Source of the DNA: Desulforegulaceae bacterium
Lineage (GTDB): Bacteria > Desulfobacterota > Desulfobacteria > Desulfobacterales > JACKCP01
Assembly: GCA_034006035.1 (NCBI GenBank)
Contig: JAVETN010000001.1
Coordinates: forward strand, 280,532 to 344,531
Reading direction: 5' to 3'
Length of the DNA stretch: 64,000 nt
Below, piece after piece: positions 36,293-45,204 of this stretch (positions are counted from its first letter, which is position 1; the number at the start of each line of letters is the position of its first letter). The translations under genes were made by a program, and so were the position numbers. A model generated the notes under the pieces. That model was given only the letters and a program-made list of their open reading frames with translations. It was not told the DNA's origin and ran no database searches.

Positions 36293-37606
36293 TTGGCTAA
36301 CAAATATTCTGAAATCACATTTGAGGAAAAAGTAAGAATTTATTCTGAAGATTTTCTTAAATGCTGCCTTTATATCAGCAAATACGAAGAACCTCATATA
36401 TTTTTTACTAAAAGGCTTTATTCAAAGCTTATTGCCACTTCTCAACTTCTTGAAGATCTCCTTGATTTTCATGGTGCAAAAAGCAACAAACAATGGTTTT
36501 ATTACAGAGAACTTACAGCCACCGTAAGACATATAAGCCTTTCAGCCTATGTTCAGCAACATATAATAAACAGGCTGGGATATTATATGCTTCCTGATAT
36601 AGATGCTTTTCCTAGCCAGGCTTTAAATACTCTTAAATATTTCAACTTAGTTCTTAAAAGAATAGCTCCTGCTGTTTTGGACGAGGCTGAAAATCTTGAA
36701 ATCATTATTCCTGATGAATACTTTGATCCCGCTGATTTCCCCGGAGTTGTAACTTCAGAAATACTTCCTGCTGATATTGATGAGAATGAAAGATCAGAAG
36801 TCCATTCTAAATACATTGCAAAAATTACCTCAGAATACCTGTCTGTTGCCGGAAAGTTTGAACAGCTTTTTGGTTTTTATGCTCCTTATTCTACCGGGGA
36901 AATAAAAGAGCTGATTCCCGAGAAAGTAAGCAAGGCCGAAATCAGCAGGTACAATATTCTTGTTCACAATCTTCAGTCCTCATACGATTCTTATGTTGCC
37001 CACGGCGGTTACAGGGGTGATAGTGAAAATCTTGTGCGTTTAAGAGCCCATATTTCTGTTTGTCTTCATCTTCTTCAAATATTGGAAAGACTTCTTCATT
37101 ATTATGAACGTCATCTTCAGGAAAGAGGGTATAAGGATACATACAAAAAAGTAATGGAACAGCTTTCTTGCATAGTTGATACAGATTCATTGTTGGATAG
37201 AACCATAAATTATGCTCTTTATTATTCAAATTATTTTCTTTCCTCAGGTAAGGATATTGCTGAAACCCTTTTAAATGAAAATATGGAAAGGGGAAAAGTT
37301 GTTGTTGGAATTCCCCAGAAATTGGGTTTTCATAGTCGTCCAAGCCTTATGGTTGCAAAAGTTGTTCAGCATTATGGCGGGGAGGTTGAGATGCATGTTG
37401 GAGACTCACGCTTTGATGCAAGCAGCGTTTTGGATATTCAGTGGGCTGGAGGCAAAATTCAAAAGGAAAATATAAAAAAAGTTACTTTTATAGGAGATCT
37501 CAGAGCTTTAAGCGATCTTGAAATTCTTGCTAGTGTAAATTATGGAGAAGATTCCATGGGCAAGGGAGTTCCTTTGCCAAAAGAACTTGAGTATTTAAAA
37601 GAATAA
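36293..37606 (+). CDS. Fusion protein: uncharacterised ~330-aa helical N-terminal domain + C-terminal HPr (PTS phosphocarrier) domain
   Basis: aa 334-418, GKVVVGIPQKLGFHSRPSLMVAKVVQHYGGEVEMHVGDSRFDASSVLDIQWAGGKIQ, matches the HPr pattern (G(L/F)H(A/S)RP active-site His at 37331-37333, Ser46-like DASSVL). TTG start with an AGGGGA SD. Confidence 0.7.
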   Translation: MANKYSEITFEEKVRIYSEDFLKCCLYISKYEEPHIFFTKRLYSKLIATSQLLEDLLDFHGAKSNKQWFYYRELTATVRHISLSAYVQQHIINRLGYYMLPDIDAFPSQALNTLKYFNLVLKRIAPAVLDEAENLEIIIPDEYFDPADFPGVVTSEILPADIDENERSEVHSKYIAKITSEYLSVAGKFEQLFGFYAPYSTGEIKELIPEKVSKAEISRYNILVHNLQSSYDSYVAHGGYRGDSENLVRLRAHISVCLHLLQILERLLHYYERHLQERGYKDTYKKVMEQLSCIVDTDSLLDRTINYALYYSNYFLSSGKDIAETLLNENMERGKVVVGIPQKLGFHSRPSLMVAKVVQHYGGEVEMHVGDSRFDASSVLDIQWAGGKIQKENIKKVTFIGDLRALSDLEILASVNYGEDSMGKGVPLPKELEYLKE

Positions 37607-37610
37607 CTCC

Positions 37611-38294
37611 ATGGATATTATAAGTGTTGTTATAGTTGCAGGAGGAAGCGGCTCAAGAATGGGGGCAGCCATACCCAAGCAGTTTCTTGAAATAAAAGGT
37701 CTTCCAATTTTATTTCATACATTAATCTTATTTGATTCTATAATTGAAATTAATGAGATTATAATTGTTGTTCCTAAAGATTTAAAAAATTCTTTTATGG
37801 AAAAGCTCGAAAATCTTGGCTTACAAAAAAAATACAAGGTTAAGTCAGGGGGGAAAACACGGCAGGAGTCTGTTAAAAACGGTCTTTCAGTTATAGATCC
37901 ACTCAGTAAAAAAGTTCTTATCCATGACGGTGTAAGGCCCTTTGTAAAAGAAGAAGAAATTAAGGCTGTTATAAGTGAATTGGATTTTTTTGACGGAGCT
38001 GTTTTGGGTATTCCTGTTGTTGAAACAATAAAAAAAACTGATTCTCAAAACTTGGTAAGTGAAACAATTTCAAGGGAAAATGTTTTTCTTGCCCAGACTC
38101 CCCAAGGGTTTAAAACTTCTATTTTAAAAAAAGTCCACCAGTGGGCCCTTGAAGACGGGCTTGTTCTTACTGATGACTCAGCTCTTATGGAAAATTTTGG
38201 ATTTGGGGTTAAAATTGTTGAAGGAAGCAGGGAAAATATTAAAATAACCACCCCGGCTGATCTTGAGTTTGGAGAAAAATTATTAAGCTTCTAA
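37611..38294 (+). CDS. ispD: 2-C-methyl-D-erythritol 4-phosphate cytidylyltransferase
   Basis: VVIVAGGSGSRMG..PKQFLEIKGLPIL at the N-terminus, then GGKTRQESV, IHDGVRPF and TPQGF. Confidence 0.93.
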   Translation: MDIISVVIVAGGSGSRMGAAIPKQFLEIKGLPILFHTLILFDSIIEINEIIIVVPKDLKNSFMEKLENLGLQKKYKVKSGGKTRQESVKNGLSVIDPLSKKVLIHDGVRPFVKEEEIKAVISELDFFDGAVLGIPVVETIKKTDSQNLVSETISRENVFLAQTPQGFKTSILKKVHQWALEDGLVLTDDSALMENFGFGVKIVEGSRENIKITTPADLEFGEKLLSF

Positions 38295-38313
38295 TTTGAG
38301 TGGTTTCTTGATT

Positions 38314-38811
38314 TTATTTTAAAAGTTTTTTTATCTTTTCAATAGCTTCTTCTGAATTTTTTACCATAAAAACTGTTTTATTAATAAATTCATCAACAAA
38401 TCTTCCTGGATAAAAATCAATCAGGATAATTTTTTTATCAAATTTCAATGCAAATGCAATTTCAGAAATTGTTCCTGAACCGCCTTTAAAAACTGCAACA
38501 ATATTACTGGAAAGAATATTTATCTGGTTTCTTGCGTTTCCTATTCCAGTTATTATTGGAATTTTAATATAATCTGAAATATTGTCGGAGTTTTCTCCAG
38601 GCAAAATCCCTATTGTTGTTCCTCCTGAGTCAAAGGCTCCTTTGGCAGAAGCTTCCATTATACCTGAGTTTCTGCCTCCGTTTAAAAGAATATAATTGTT
38701 TTCAGCTATATGTTTTCCAAGTTCATAAGCTCTTTTATAATCTTTGGGAGAAGACGAACCTCCTCCCATTACTCCTATTATAAATTGCTTGTTAATTTTT
38801 GAAGGGACCAT
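38314..38811 (-). CDS. TIGR00725/LOG-like Rossmann-fold protein
   Basis: IGVMGGGSS, NGGRNSGIMEA and the LOG-type motif KGGSGTISE (PGGxGTxxE-like). ATG 38811 overlaps the upstream thioesterase gene by 20 nt. Confidence 0.7.
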   Translation of the reverse strand: MVPSKINKQFIIGVMGGGSSSPKDYKRAYELGKHIAENNYILLNGGRNSGIMEASAKGAFDSGGTTIGILPGENSDNISDYIKIPIITGIGNARNQINILSSNIVAVFKGGSGTISEIAFALKFDKKIILIDFYPGRFVDEFINKTVFMVKNSEEAIEKIKKLLK

Positions 38812-39220
38812 TTTCAAAGGCTTTTTTAAGAGACTCTGGTATTGATGCCGCTTTGAATCTTTTGTCTATACACACCATTATAAATTTTGATTCATTGGCA
38901 ACTACCTTCATTTCTTTTGTGTAAATTTTCTGATTGAAAATAATGCTTCTTGTTCCTATTTTTTCAACTTTTGAAACAATAGTTGTTTCTTCATCGTAAA
39001 ATACAGGTTTCCTAAACTTGATATTTGATTCAACAACAGCAAGGTGTTTTTCATGTTTGATGTTAAAACTTGAATATGAAAAGCCAATGTCTCTCATATA
39101 CTCATCTCTTGCATAGTTGTATATGTCTGCATATCTTCCATTGTATACAACTCTTCCAATATCAATATAGCTTAGAGGGGGACGATAAAATAACTTATGT
39201 TCAGGGTAATTGATTGGCAT
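38792..39220 (-). CDS. Acyl-CoA thioesterase (YbgC/4HBT hot-dog fold)
   Basis: LSYIDIGRVVYNGRYADIYNYARDEYMRDIGFSY matches the 4HBT N-terminal catalytic region (D..g.V.n..Y..y...AR.e..r..G). 142 aa. Confidence 0.75.
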   Translation of the reverse strand: MPINYPEHKLFYRPPLSYIDIGRVVYNGRYADIYNYARDEYMRDIGFSYSSFNIKHEKHLAVVESNIKFRKPVFYDEETTIVSKVEKIGTRSIIFNQKIYTKEMKVVANESKFIMVCIDKRFKAASIPESLKKAFENGPFKN

Positions 39221-39224
39221 AATT

Positions 39225-39746
39225 TTAAGCTTTAAACTTTCCTATAATTGTTCTCATAAATGCTGGAAGATCATCTGGTGTTCTGCTGGTGATTAAATTG
39301 CTGTCTACAACTACTGATTCATCAACCCAATTGGCACCGGCATTTACCATATCATCTTTTATTGCAAAAAATGATGTTGCTTTTTTATTTTTTAAAATTT
39401 TTGCTGAAACAAGCATCCAGCCTCCGTGGCAGATGGATGCTATTATTTTATTTTTAAGATTCATTTCTGACACAAAACTTACCATTTCTTTACTCCTTCT
39501 CATAAAATCAGGAGCAAATCCCCCGGGAATTATTAGGAGGTCATAATCACTGGCATTCAGTGTTGATGCATCTGTGTCAGCAGTTACCTGGGTGCCTGCT
39601 TTTCCGGTAAAGACAGAAGTTCTTCCACTTCCGCAGATAACAACATCAGAACCTGCTTCAAGAAGTCTATAATATGGATACCAGAATTCTTGATCATTGA
39701 ATTGTTCTTCTACAAAAATTATGCTTTTTTTTCCTGTGAGTTCCAT
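39225..39746 (-). CDS. DJ-1/PfpI family protein
   Basis: Nucleophile-elbow ASICHGGWML and DLLIIPGGFAP. 173 aa. First gene of a tightly packed 3-gene minus-strand operon. Confidence 0.88.
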   Translation of the reverse strand: MELTGKKSIIFVEEQFNDQEFWYPYYRLLEAGSDVVICGSGRTSVFTGKAGTQVTADTDASTLNASDYDLLIIPGGFAPDFMRRSKEMVSFVSEMNLKNKIIASICHGGWMLVSAKILKNKKATSFFAIKDDMVNAGANWVDESVVVDSNLITSRTPDDLPAFMRTIIGKFKA

Positions 39747-39849
39747 GGCTTCTCCATAATTAATTATTATATTTGATTGACTTGAAAATTATATAGGGAT
39801 ATTTTCATAAAGTAAAAAAGTAACAGATAATAAGAAAAAAAGAAAGATA

Positions 39850-40743
39850 TTGATTTTGACTAGAGACAAAAAGAAAAAAACAGGAAGAAACGACCCATGT
39901 CCCTGTGGTAGCGGTCTTAAATACAAGAAGTGCTGTATAAGAAGAATTAACCCAAAGACAAACATAAAATCATATTATATGAAAAAATATGGTATCCGAA
40001 TTAAGACCTTGGAAGAAATTGAGGGAATAAGGAAAGCCGGTGACCTTGTCATGGCAACCCATCGTGAAGTTGAGAAATTTTTAAAACCCGGAATGACTAC
40101 AGATGAGATAAACACTATTGTCCATGAATTTACCCTTAAAAACGGAGGAATTCCTGCTCCGCTTAATTATAGGGGATTTCCTAAAAGTGTATGTGTTTCT
40201 GTAAATGAGGTAGTTTGCCACGGAATTCCAGGACCCCTCATTATAAAAGACGGAGATATTGTTAATGTTGATATTACAACAATTCTTGACGGTTTTTATG
40301 CTGACGCAAATTATAGTTATTTTTCAGGAACTCCTTCCCCTGAAGCAAAAGAGCTTGTTATGAATTGCCGTGAGGCATTGAAAAGAGCTCTTGAAGTGGT
40401 TGCACCAGGAGCTACAATAGGAGATATAGGCCATGCTATCCAGTCCTATGCTGAAAAAAAAGGCTATTCAGTTGTAAGAGAGTTTGTTGGCCACGGGGTC
40501 GGATTAGACTTTCATGAACCCCCACAGGTTATGCATTTTGGTAGAAAAGGTTATGGGATTCCCCTTGTTGAAAACATGACTTTTACAATTGAACCCATGA
40601 TTAATATTGGCAAAAAGGATGTTGAAATTTTAGATGATGGATGGACGGCTATAACAAAAGATGGGTCACTTTCAGCTCAGTTTGAGCAGACAATAGTTGT
40701 AACTGAAAACGGATATGAAAGTCTTACTCCTTTTGACTTGTAA
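39850..40743 (+). CDS. map: Type I methionine aminopeptidase with N-terminal SEC-C zinc motif
   Basis: GRNDPCPCGSGLKYKKCC occupies aa 12-29. The MetAP core follows (VCHGIP, DIVNVDIT, DANYSYF, VREFVGHGVG, FTIEPM, AQFEQT metal ligands). The TTG start is uncertain. Confidence 0.9.
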   Translation: MILTRDKKKKTGRNDPCPCGSGLKYKKCCIRRINPKTNIKSYYMKKYGIRIKTLEEIEGIRKAGDLVMATHREVEKFLKPGMTTDEINTIVHEFTLKNGGIPAPLNYRGFPKSVCVSVNEVVCHGIPGPLIIKDGDIVNVDITTILDGFYADANYSYFSGTPSPEAKELVMNCREALKRALEVVAPGATIGDIGHAIQSYAEKKGYSVVREFVGHGVGLDFHEPPQVMHFGRKGYGIPLVENMTFTIEPMINIGKKDVEILDDGWTAITKDGSLSAQFEQTIVVTENGYESLTPFDL

Positions 40744-40782
40744 AATTATAAAAAACTAGAAATTACCAGGAGAGTGGAAGAA

Positions 40783-41271
40783 ATGGCAAATTGCCCTTGT
40801 AACAGTGGCCTTGATTATTCACAATGTTGTCAACCTTATATTAAGGGTGAAGTACAGTCTGAAACCTGTGAAGCACTTTTGAGGTCAAGATATACAGCCT
40901 ATACCTTAGGTGAACTTGATTATATTTATGATACTATTCATCCGGAACAGAAACAAGAGCACGATAAAAAAGCTACAAAAAAATGGTCAGAAGAATCGAC
41001 TTGGCAGGGCTTTGAAATTATAAATATAAAAAACGGCCTTAAAGATAATGAAGAGGGGGTTGTTGAGTTTAAAGTTAAGTATAGGCAGAAGTTTGAAATA
41101 ATTACCCATCATGAAAAGGCTTTGTTTAAGAAAGAAGAAGGACGTTGGTATTTTTTTGACGGAGAGCCAGTTGTTCCTGAGACATTTATGAGAGAAGATA
41201 AAAAAATTGGCCGTAATGAGCCGTGTCCATGCGGAAGCGGTAAAAAATACAAGAAATGTTGTATGGCTTAA
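40783..41271 (+). CDS. ychJ: YchJ-family (UPF0225) protein with SEC-C motifs at both termini
   Basis: The N-terminal [13 protein letters not shown] and C-terminal [18 protein letters not shown] flank an NTF2-like middle. Start moved to ATG 40783, 9 nt after the AGGAGA SD; the listed GTG 40774 abuts the SD. Confidence 0.85.
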   Translation: MANCPCNSGLDYSQCCQPYIKGEVQSETCEALLRSRYTAYTLGELDYIYDTIHPEQKQEHDKKATKKWSEESTWQGFEIINIKNGLKDNEEGVVEFKVKYRQKFEIITHHEKALFKKEEGRWYFFDGEPVVPETFMREDKKIGRNEPCPCGSGKKYKKCCMA

Positions 41272-41399
41272 ATTTGGAAATATCCGATATTATAAATTTA
41301 AATATATAGAGTGGTTGGTTTTATTCTTCAATAAATAAAAAATGGAGAATGCCTAGATTAACAAGGTATCTCCATTAAACTTTTATTGAGCCAGGTAAG

Positions 41400-41927
41400 T
41401 TATTTGGTTTGTGGGGCAGCAGTTTTGTTTATTTTTTCTGCGGCAAGCTCATTTTCAAGGTCTTTTTTATTTGTTTTTTCTGCGGCAAGCTCATTTTCAA
41501 GATCTTTAATTTTCTTTTCAAAATCCTTAATGTCTTTTTCAACTGCCTTAAGTTTCTTTTCTTGAGTCTTGATTGTTGATTCTTTTTGTGAAACCTTTTT
41601 TTTCTGTTCGCTGATTTCTTCTTGAATTTTATTGTACTTTTCTACAAGCTCATCATAGGCTTCTTTTGAAATAAAACCCATGATTTCGAGGTAGCCTGAA
41701 TAGGAAGAAGTTATAAATCCAGTTGAGTTTTCAAAAAAAGAAACAAAATCGGAATAATCAAAACCTTTTAGCATAAAATCTTTTGAAATTTGTGATGCCT
41801 CTTCAAAAATTTTCATGCTTGAATTGATAATTTCATTGTAATCTGTAACAGGAAATAAAGAAAAACTTTCAGGCTTCATAAAATCAAATCCTGAAAAAAA
41901 ATTATTAAAACTATTTTTTTTACTCAT
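41400..41927 (-). CDS. Hypothetical coiled-coil protein (possibly PHA-granule/PhaE-like), with internal 14-aa duplication
   Basis: The N-terminal F/S-rich region is followed by a K/E coiled coil that ends KDLENELAAEKTNK-KDLENELAAEKINK. Last gene of a 3-gene minus-strand cluster. Confidence 0.4.
   Translation of the reverse strand: MSKKNSFNNFFSGFDFMKPESFSLFPVTDYNEIINSSMKIFEEASQISKDFMLKGFDYSDFVSFFENSTGFITSSYSGYLEIMGFISKEAYDELVEKYNKIQEEISEQKKKVSQKESTIKTQEKKLKAVEKDIKDFEKKIKDLENELAAEKTNKKDLENELAAEKINKTAAPQTK
41434..41501 (-). repeat. Direct 42-bp-period duplication within the coiled-coil gene
   Basis: ttttctgcggcaagctcattttcaag occurs at 41434-41459 and again at 41476-41501, an identical 26-mer. 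Confidence 0.9.
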
Positions 41928-41948
41928 GATAAACCTCTTTAAATAAAT

Positions 41949-42218
41949 TTAGTCTTTGGGAACAAGGGAGATAATATAAGTTTCAAGCTGTTTTAAGCCT
42001 GTTTCCATAGACTCTTTAAAGTCTGCCTGGCTTTGATTTATGAATTTAAACCACTCTTCTATAACTTTTTTAGAATCTTCAGGCAGATTGGAGTTGGTAA
42101 TAAAAGATTTTGTCATATTTTCAGCCTGAACCTGGTAAAGGTTGACAGCATTTAAGGTGTTTTGAAGTGAGCTTGAGTACCAGTTCAAAATGTTTTTGAC
42201 CATTTCTTTTTGATCCAT
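41949..42218 (-). CDS. Phasin-like small helical protein (paralog of the next gene)
   Basis: MDQKEMVKNILNWYSS..LPEDSKKVIEEWFKFINQSQADFKESMETGLKQLE parallels MDPTKMIQQMIDFQKT..LPEEGQKMINEWILAVKKSREDFKKSVDENFAKME. Start moved to ATG 42218 (AGGGGA SD). Confidence 0.5.
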   Translation of the reverse strand: MDQKEMVKNILNWYSSSLQNTLNAVNLYQVQAENMTKSFITNSNLPEDSKKVIEEWFKFINQSQADFKESMETGLKQLETYIISLVPKD

Positions 42219-42302
42219 TTGGATTCCCCTGAGATATTTTATTGGTGAATAAATATTGAAAGATATGAGTTCGCTGGGCGAACTCATATCTACTAAGTAA
42301 AA

Positions 42303-42608
42303 TTATTTTTCGTTTTTGGCAGCTGACTTTGCTGTTTTAGTCGCTGAGACGAAATACTCTTCCATCTTAGCAAAATTTTCATCAACTGATTTTTTGAAAT
42401 CTTCCCTACTTTTTTTAACAGCGAGTATCCATTCGTTTATCATTTTTTGACCTTCTTCAGGAAGAATAGAATTTTTTGATAAAAGGGATTCAGCCATTTT
42501 TTCAGTTTGAGACTGCATCATTATTATTGCATTGTAACTATTTTCAAAAACAGTTTTTTGAAAATCGATCATTTGTTGAATCATTTTTGTTGGGTCCATT
42601 GTCTTCAT
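42303..42608 (-). CDS. Phasin-like small helical protein
   Basis: 101 aa and all-helical, with an AAGGAG SD 7 nt upstream. It is a paralog of the 41949-42218 gene. The phasin assignment is memory-based and tentative. Confidence 0.5.
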   Translation of the reverse strand: MKTMDPTKMIQQMIDFQKTVFENSYNAIIMMQSQTEKMAESLLSKNSILPEEGQKMINEWILAVKKSREDFKKSVDENFAKMEEYFVSATKTAKSAAKNEK

Positions 42609-42663
42609 TTAAAATTCTCCTTAATTTTTATATTGTTTTCCAATGACTTCTGAATATGAAATA

Positions 42664-42692
42664 ATTTTAATCAAAAAAAAGAGTTGTGTCAA
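42664..42692 (-). promoter_or_regulatory. Sigma70-type promoter for the phasin-like cluster
   Basis: The minus strand reads TTGACA (42692-42687), a 17-nt spacer, then TAAAAT (42669-42664). This leaves a ~50-nt leader to the ATG at 42608. Confidence 0.55.
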
Positions 42693-43151
42693 GGTGTTTT
42701 TTTGCAGTGCACCAAAGTATTGGGTGTTGATATTTTTTGTAAAATAATAGTTATTGTTTGTATTTAAAGTTGTTATTGTCTATTAAATCTAGATTGTTAG
42801 CTTTGCATCCTCAGAAAAAGTTTCTTTTCTTGGTTTAAAAAGCATTTTGGATTTTACTTAGCTTTTGCACAAAAAAATGTCCTCTCGATTAAATTTTTTT
42901 TAAAAGAAAATTTCGACCAGTTATTTTATGAGAAATTTACCTTTATTCCTGGATTTCGTTGTGCTTAGATGTCTTTAGATATCCAGGATGAATTGAGTGA
43001 TTTTTTTAGTTCAAGGTTGATAGTAAGTTTATTTATAAAGAATATCAGAATTAATTAAAAAGATAAAACCTGTTTTTAATCTTTTTCTTTTTTGGTATAG
43101 GGAAAAGGGTTGAATGTTTTATTTAAAATTTAAATTTTGGAGAATTCTTTA

Positions 43152-44189
43152 ATGATAAGGGCAGGTATTATTGGAGGAACAGGCTATACTGGAGCTGAGC
43201 TGGTAAGACTTTTAAGTTTTCACCCTGAGGTGGAAATTAGTTGTATTACCTCAAGGCAATATTCGGGACAAATTTTTTCCAGTCTTTATCCTGGTTTGAG
43301 AACTATTGCTGACATTGAAATTGAAAAGTTTAGTCCAGAGGAAACAGTTGATAAATGCGATATTATTTTTACAGCCCTTCCCCATAAAATTCCCATGGAA
43401 ATTATTCCGGAATTTTTGGAGGCAAATGTTAAGGTAATAGATCTTTCCGCTGATTTCAGATTTAAATCTCAGAAGGCATACGAAGAATATTATTGTGTGC
43501 ATAAAGCACCTGAATATCTTGATAAAGCAGTATACGGTCTTTCTGAGATAAACTATAATGAGATTAAAAATGCCAGTCTTGTGGGTAATCCGGGGTGCTA
43601 TCCCACCTGCAGTCTTCTGGGAATACTTCCCCTTGTTAAGGCCGGCAAAATAAACTGTAAAGATATAGTTATTGATGCCAAATCAGGAGTCAGCGGTGCA
43701 GGAAGAGGGCTTTCAATTGGAACTCATTTTTGTGAAGTTGATGAGGGTTTTAAGGCATACAAAGTGATGTCTCACAGACATAGGCCTGAAATTGAAGAAA
43801 AAATAGAGGAGATTTCAGGTTTTAAAGCAGAGGTCTGTTTTACTCCCCATCTAATTCCTGTTGTAAGAGGAATGCTTTCCACAATTTATCTAAAAACAGA
43901 TAAAAGTGTTTCTGAATCAGAATTAAGAAAAATTTTATTTGATTTTTATAAAGACTCAAGGTTTGTCAGGATTTTACCTGAAGGAGAATTTCCAAATATT
44001 AATGATGTTGCAGGCACAAATTTTTGTGATATAGGTTTGAAGCTTGATTTTGACTCAGGCCGTCTTGTTCTTGTGTCTGTTATTGATAATCTTGTAAAAG
44101 GGGCTTCAGGCCAGGCAGTTCAAAACATGAATCTTATGTTTGGACTTGATGAAAGCCTTGGGCTTTTGATTCCGCCCAGGCCTGTTTAA
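43152..44189 (+). CDS. argC: N-acetyl-gamma-glutamyl-phosphate reductase
   Basis: AGIIGGTGYTGAELVRLL, the catalytic-Cys segment GNPGCYPT, and DNLVKGASGQAVQNMN. Start moved to ATG 43152 (MIRAG..); the listed TTG is at 43137. Confidence 0.93.
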   Translation: MIRAGIIGGTGYTGAELVRLLSFHPEVEISCITSRQYSGQIFSSLYPGLRTIADIEIEKFSPEETVDKCDIIFTALPHKIPMEIIPEFLEANVKVIDLSADFRFKSQKAYEEYYCVHKAPEYLDKAVYGLSEINYNEIKNASLVGNPGCYPTCSLLGILPLVKAGKINCKDIVIDAKSGVSGAGRGLSIGTHFCEVDEGFKAYKVMSHRHRPEIEEKIEEISGFKAEVCFTPHLIPVVRGMLSTIYLKTDKSVSESELRKILFDFYKDSRFVRILPEGEFPNINDVAGTNFCDIGLKLDFDSGRLVLVSVIDNLVKGASGQAVQNMNLMFGLDESLGLLIPPRPV

Positions 44190-44221
44190 AAATAATTTAA
44201 AATTTTAAGGGTATAATTTTT

Positions 44222-45133
44222 ATGGAAGCAAAAATAATCAGCGGAACAAAACTGCGTGAAGATATTTTAAGTGAGATTACAAAAAAATCTGTCAAGCTTA
44301 AGGAAGAATTTGGTCGTGTTCCCGGTCTTGTAACAATTTTGATTGGTAATAACCCTGCCTCTATTTCTTATGTGTCATTAAAAATCAAAACAGCAGAAAA
44401 AGTTGGCTTTAAAGAAGTTCAGGAAAATTTGAATGAAGATGTTTCTGAAACGGAGCTCCTTGATCTAATAGAAAGATATAATGAGGATGATACTATTGAC
44501 GGTATTCTTATTCAGCTGCCCTTACCTAAGCATATTAATGAAGAAAAAGTTATAAATGCAATTGATCCAGATAAAGATGTGGACGGTTTTCATCCTGTTA
44601 ATGTGGGAAGGCTTGTAATTGGAAAAAATGTTGTTTTTCCACCTTGCACTCCAGCAGGAATAATTGAGATGATAAAAAGGTCTGAGATAGAAACAAGCGG
44701 TGCTGAAGTTGTTATAGTTGGAAGATCAAATATTGTAGGAAAACCCATTGCCAATATGATGCTTCAGAAAAATAAAGGAGCAAATTCAACTGTTACAATT
44801 GTTCATACAGGAACTAAAGATTTGAAATCACATTGTTTAAGAGCTGATATTCTTATTGTTGCTGCAGGTGTTCCAGGACTTGTAAAACCAGAATGGGTAA
44901 AGCCCGGTGCTTGTGTAATTGATGTGGGAGTTAATAGGGTTGGAGAAAAAATAAGTAAAAAAACAGGTAAAAAAATTTCAGTTCTCAAAGGTGATGTTGA
45001 TTTTGATGAGATAAAAAAAATAGCAGGGTGGATTACCCCTGTTCCCGGAGGAGTGGGGCCTATGACAATTGCAATGTTGATGGAAAATACTTTAAACTCA
45101 ATGATTGCAAAAGTAGGAAAAGAGATTGTTTAA
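44222..45133 (+). CDS. folD: Bifunctional methylenetetrahydrofolate dehydrogenase/cyclohydrolase
   Basis: PGLVTILIGNNPASISYV, LIQLPLP, DVDGFHP, VVIVGRSNIVGKP and TPVPGGVGPMT. Confidence 0.95.
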   Translation: MEAKIISGTKLREDILSEITKKSVKLKEEFGRVPGLVTILIGNNPASISYVSLKIKTAEKVGFKEVQENLNEDVSETELLDLIERYNEDDTIDGILIQLPLPKHINEEKVINAIDPDKDVDGFHPVNVGRLVIGKNVVFPPCTPAGIIEMIKRSEIETSGAEVVIVGRSNIVGKPIANMMLQKNKGANSTVTIVHTGTKDLKSHCLRADILIVAAGVPGLVKPEWVKPGACVIDVGVNRVGEKISKKTGKKISVLKGDVDFDEIKKIAGWITPVPGGVGPMTIAMLMENTLNSMIAKVGKEIV

Positions 45134-45204
45134 ATTGACTTTTTACAAAAGTTCATGTTAAATTTTTTGTATCTGAAAACATCAACACCAAATAAAGATG
45201 GAAT

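Noticed and set aside
41341-41376. 8-bp inverted repeat (aatggaga / tctccatt) between convergent ychJ and the coiled-coil gene, as a bidirectional terminator
   Set aside because: The loop is 20 nt, the stem is AT-rich, and the flanking T/A runs are short. This is too weak to call without 3'-end data.
42687-42715. Sigma54-like TGGTGCACTGCA on the minus strand upstream of the phasin-like cluster
   Set aside because: The GG and GC dinucleotides are 8 nt apart rather than the 11 nt found in TGGCAC-N5-TTGC. The same region is better explained by the TTGACA-17-TAAAAT sigma70 promoter.
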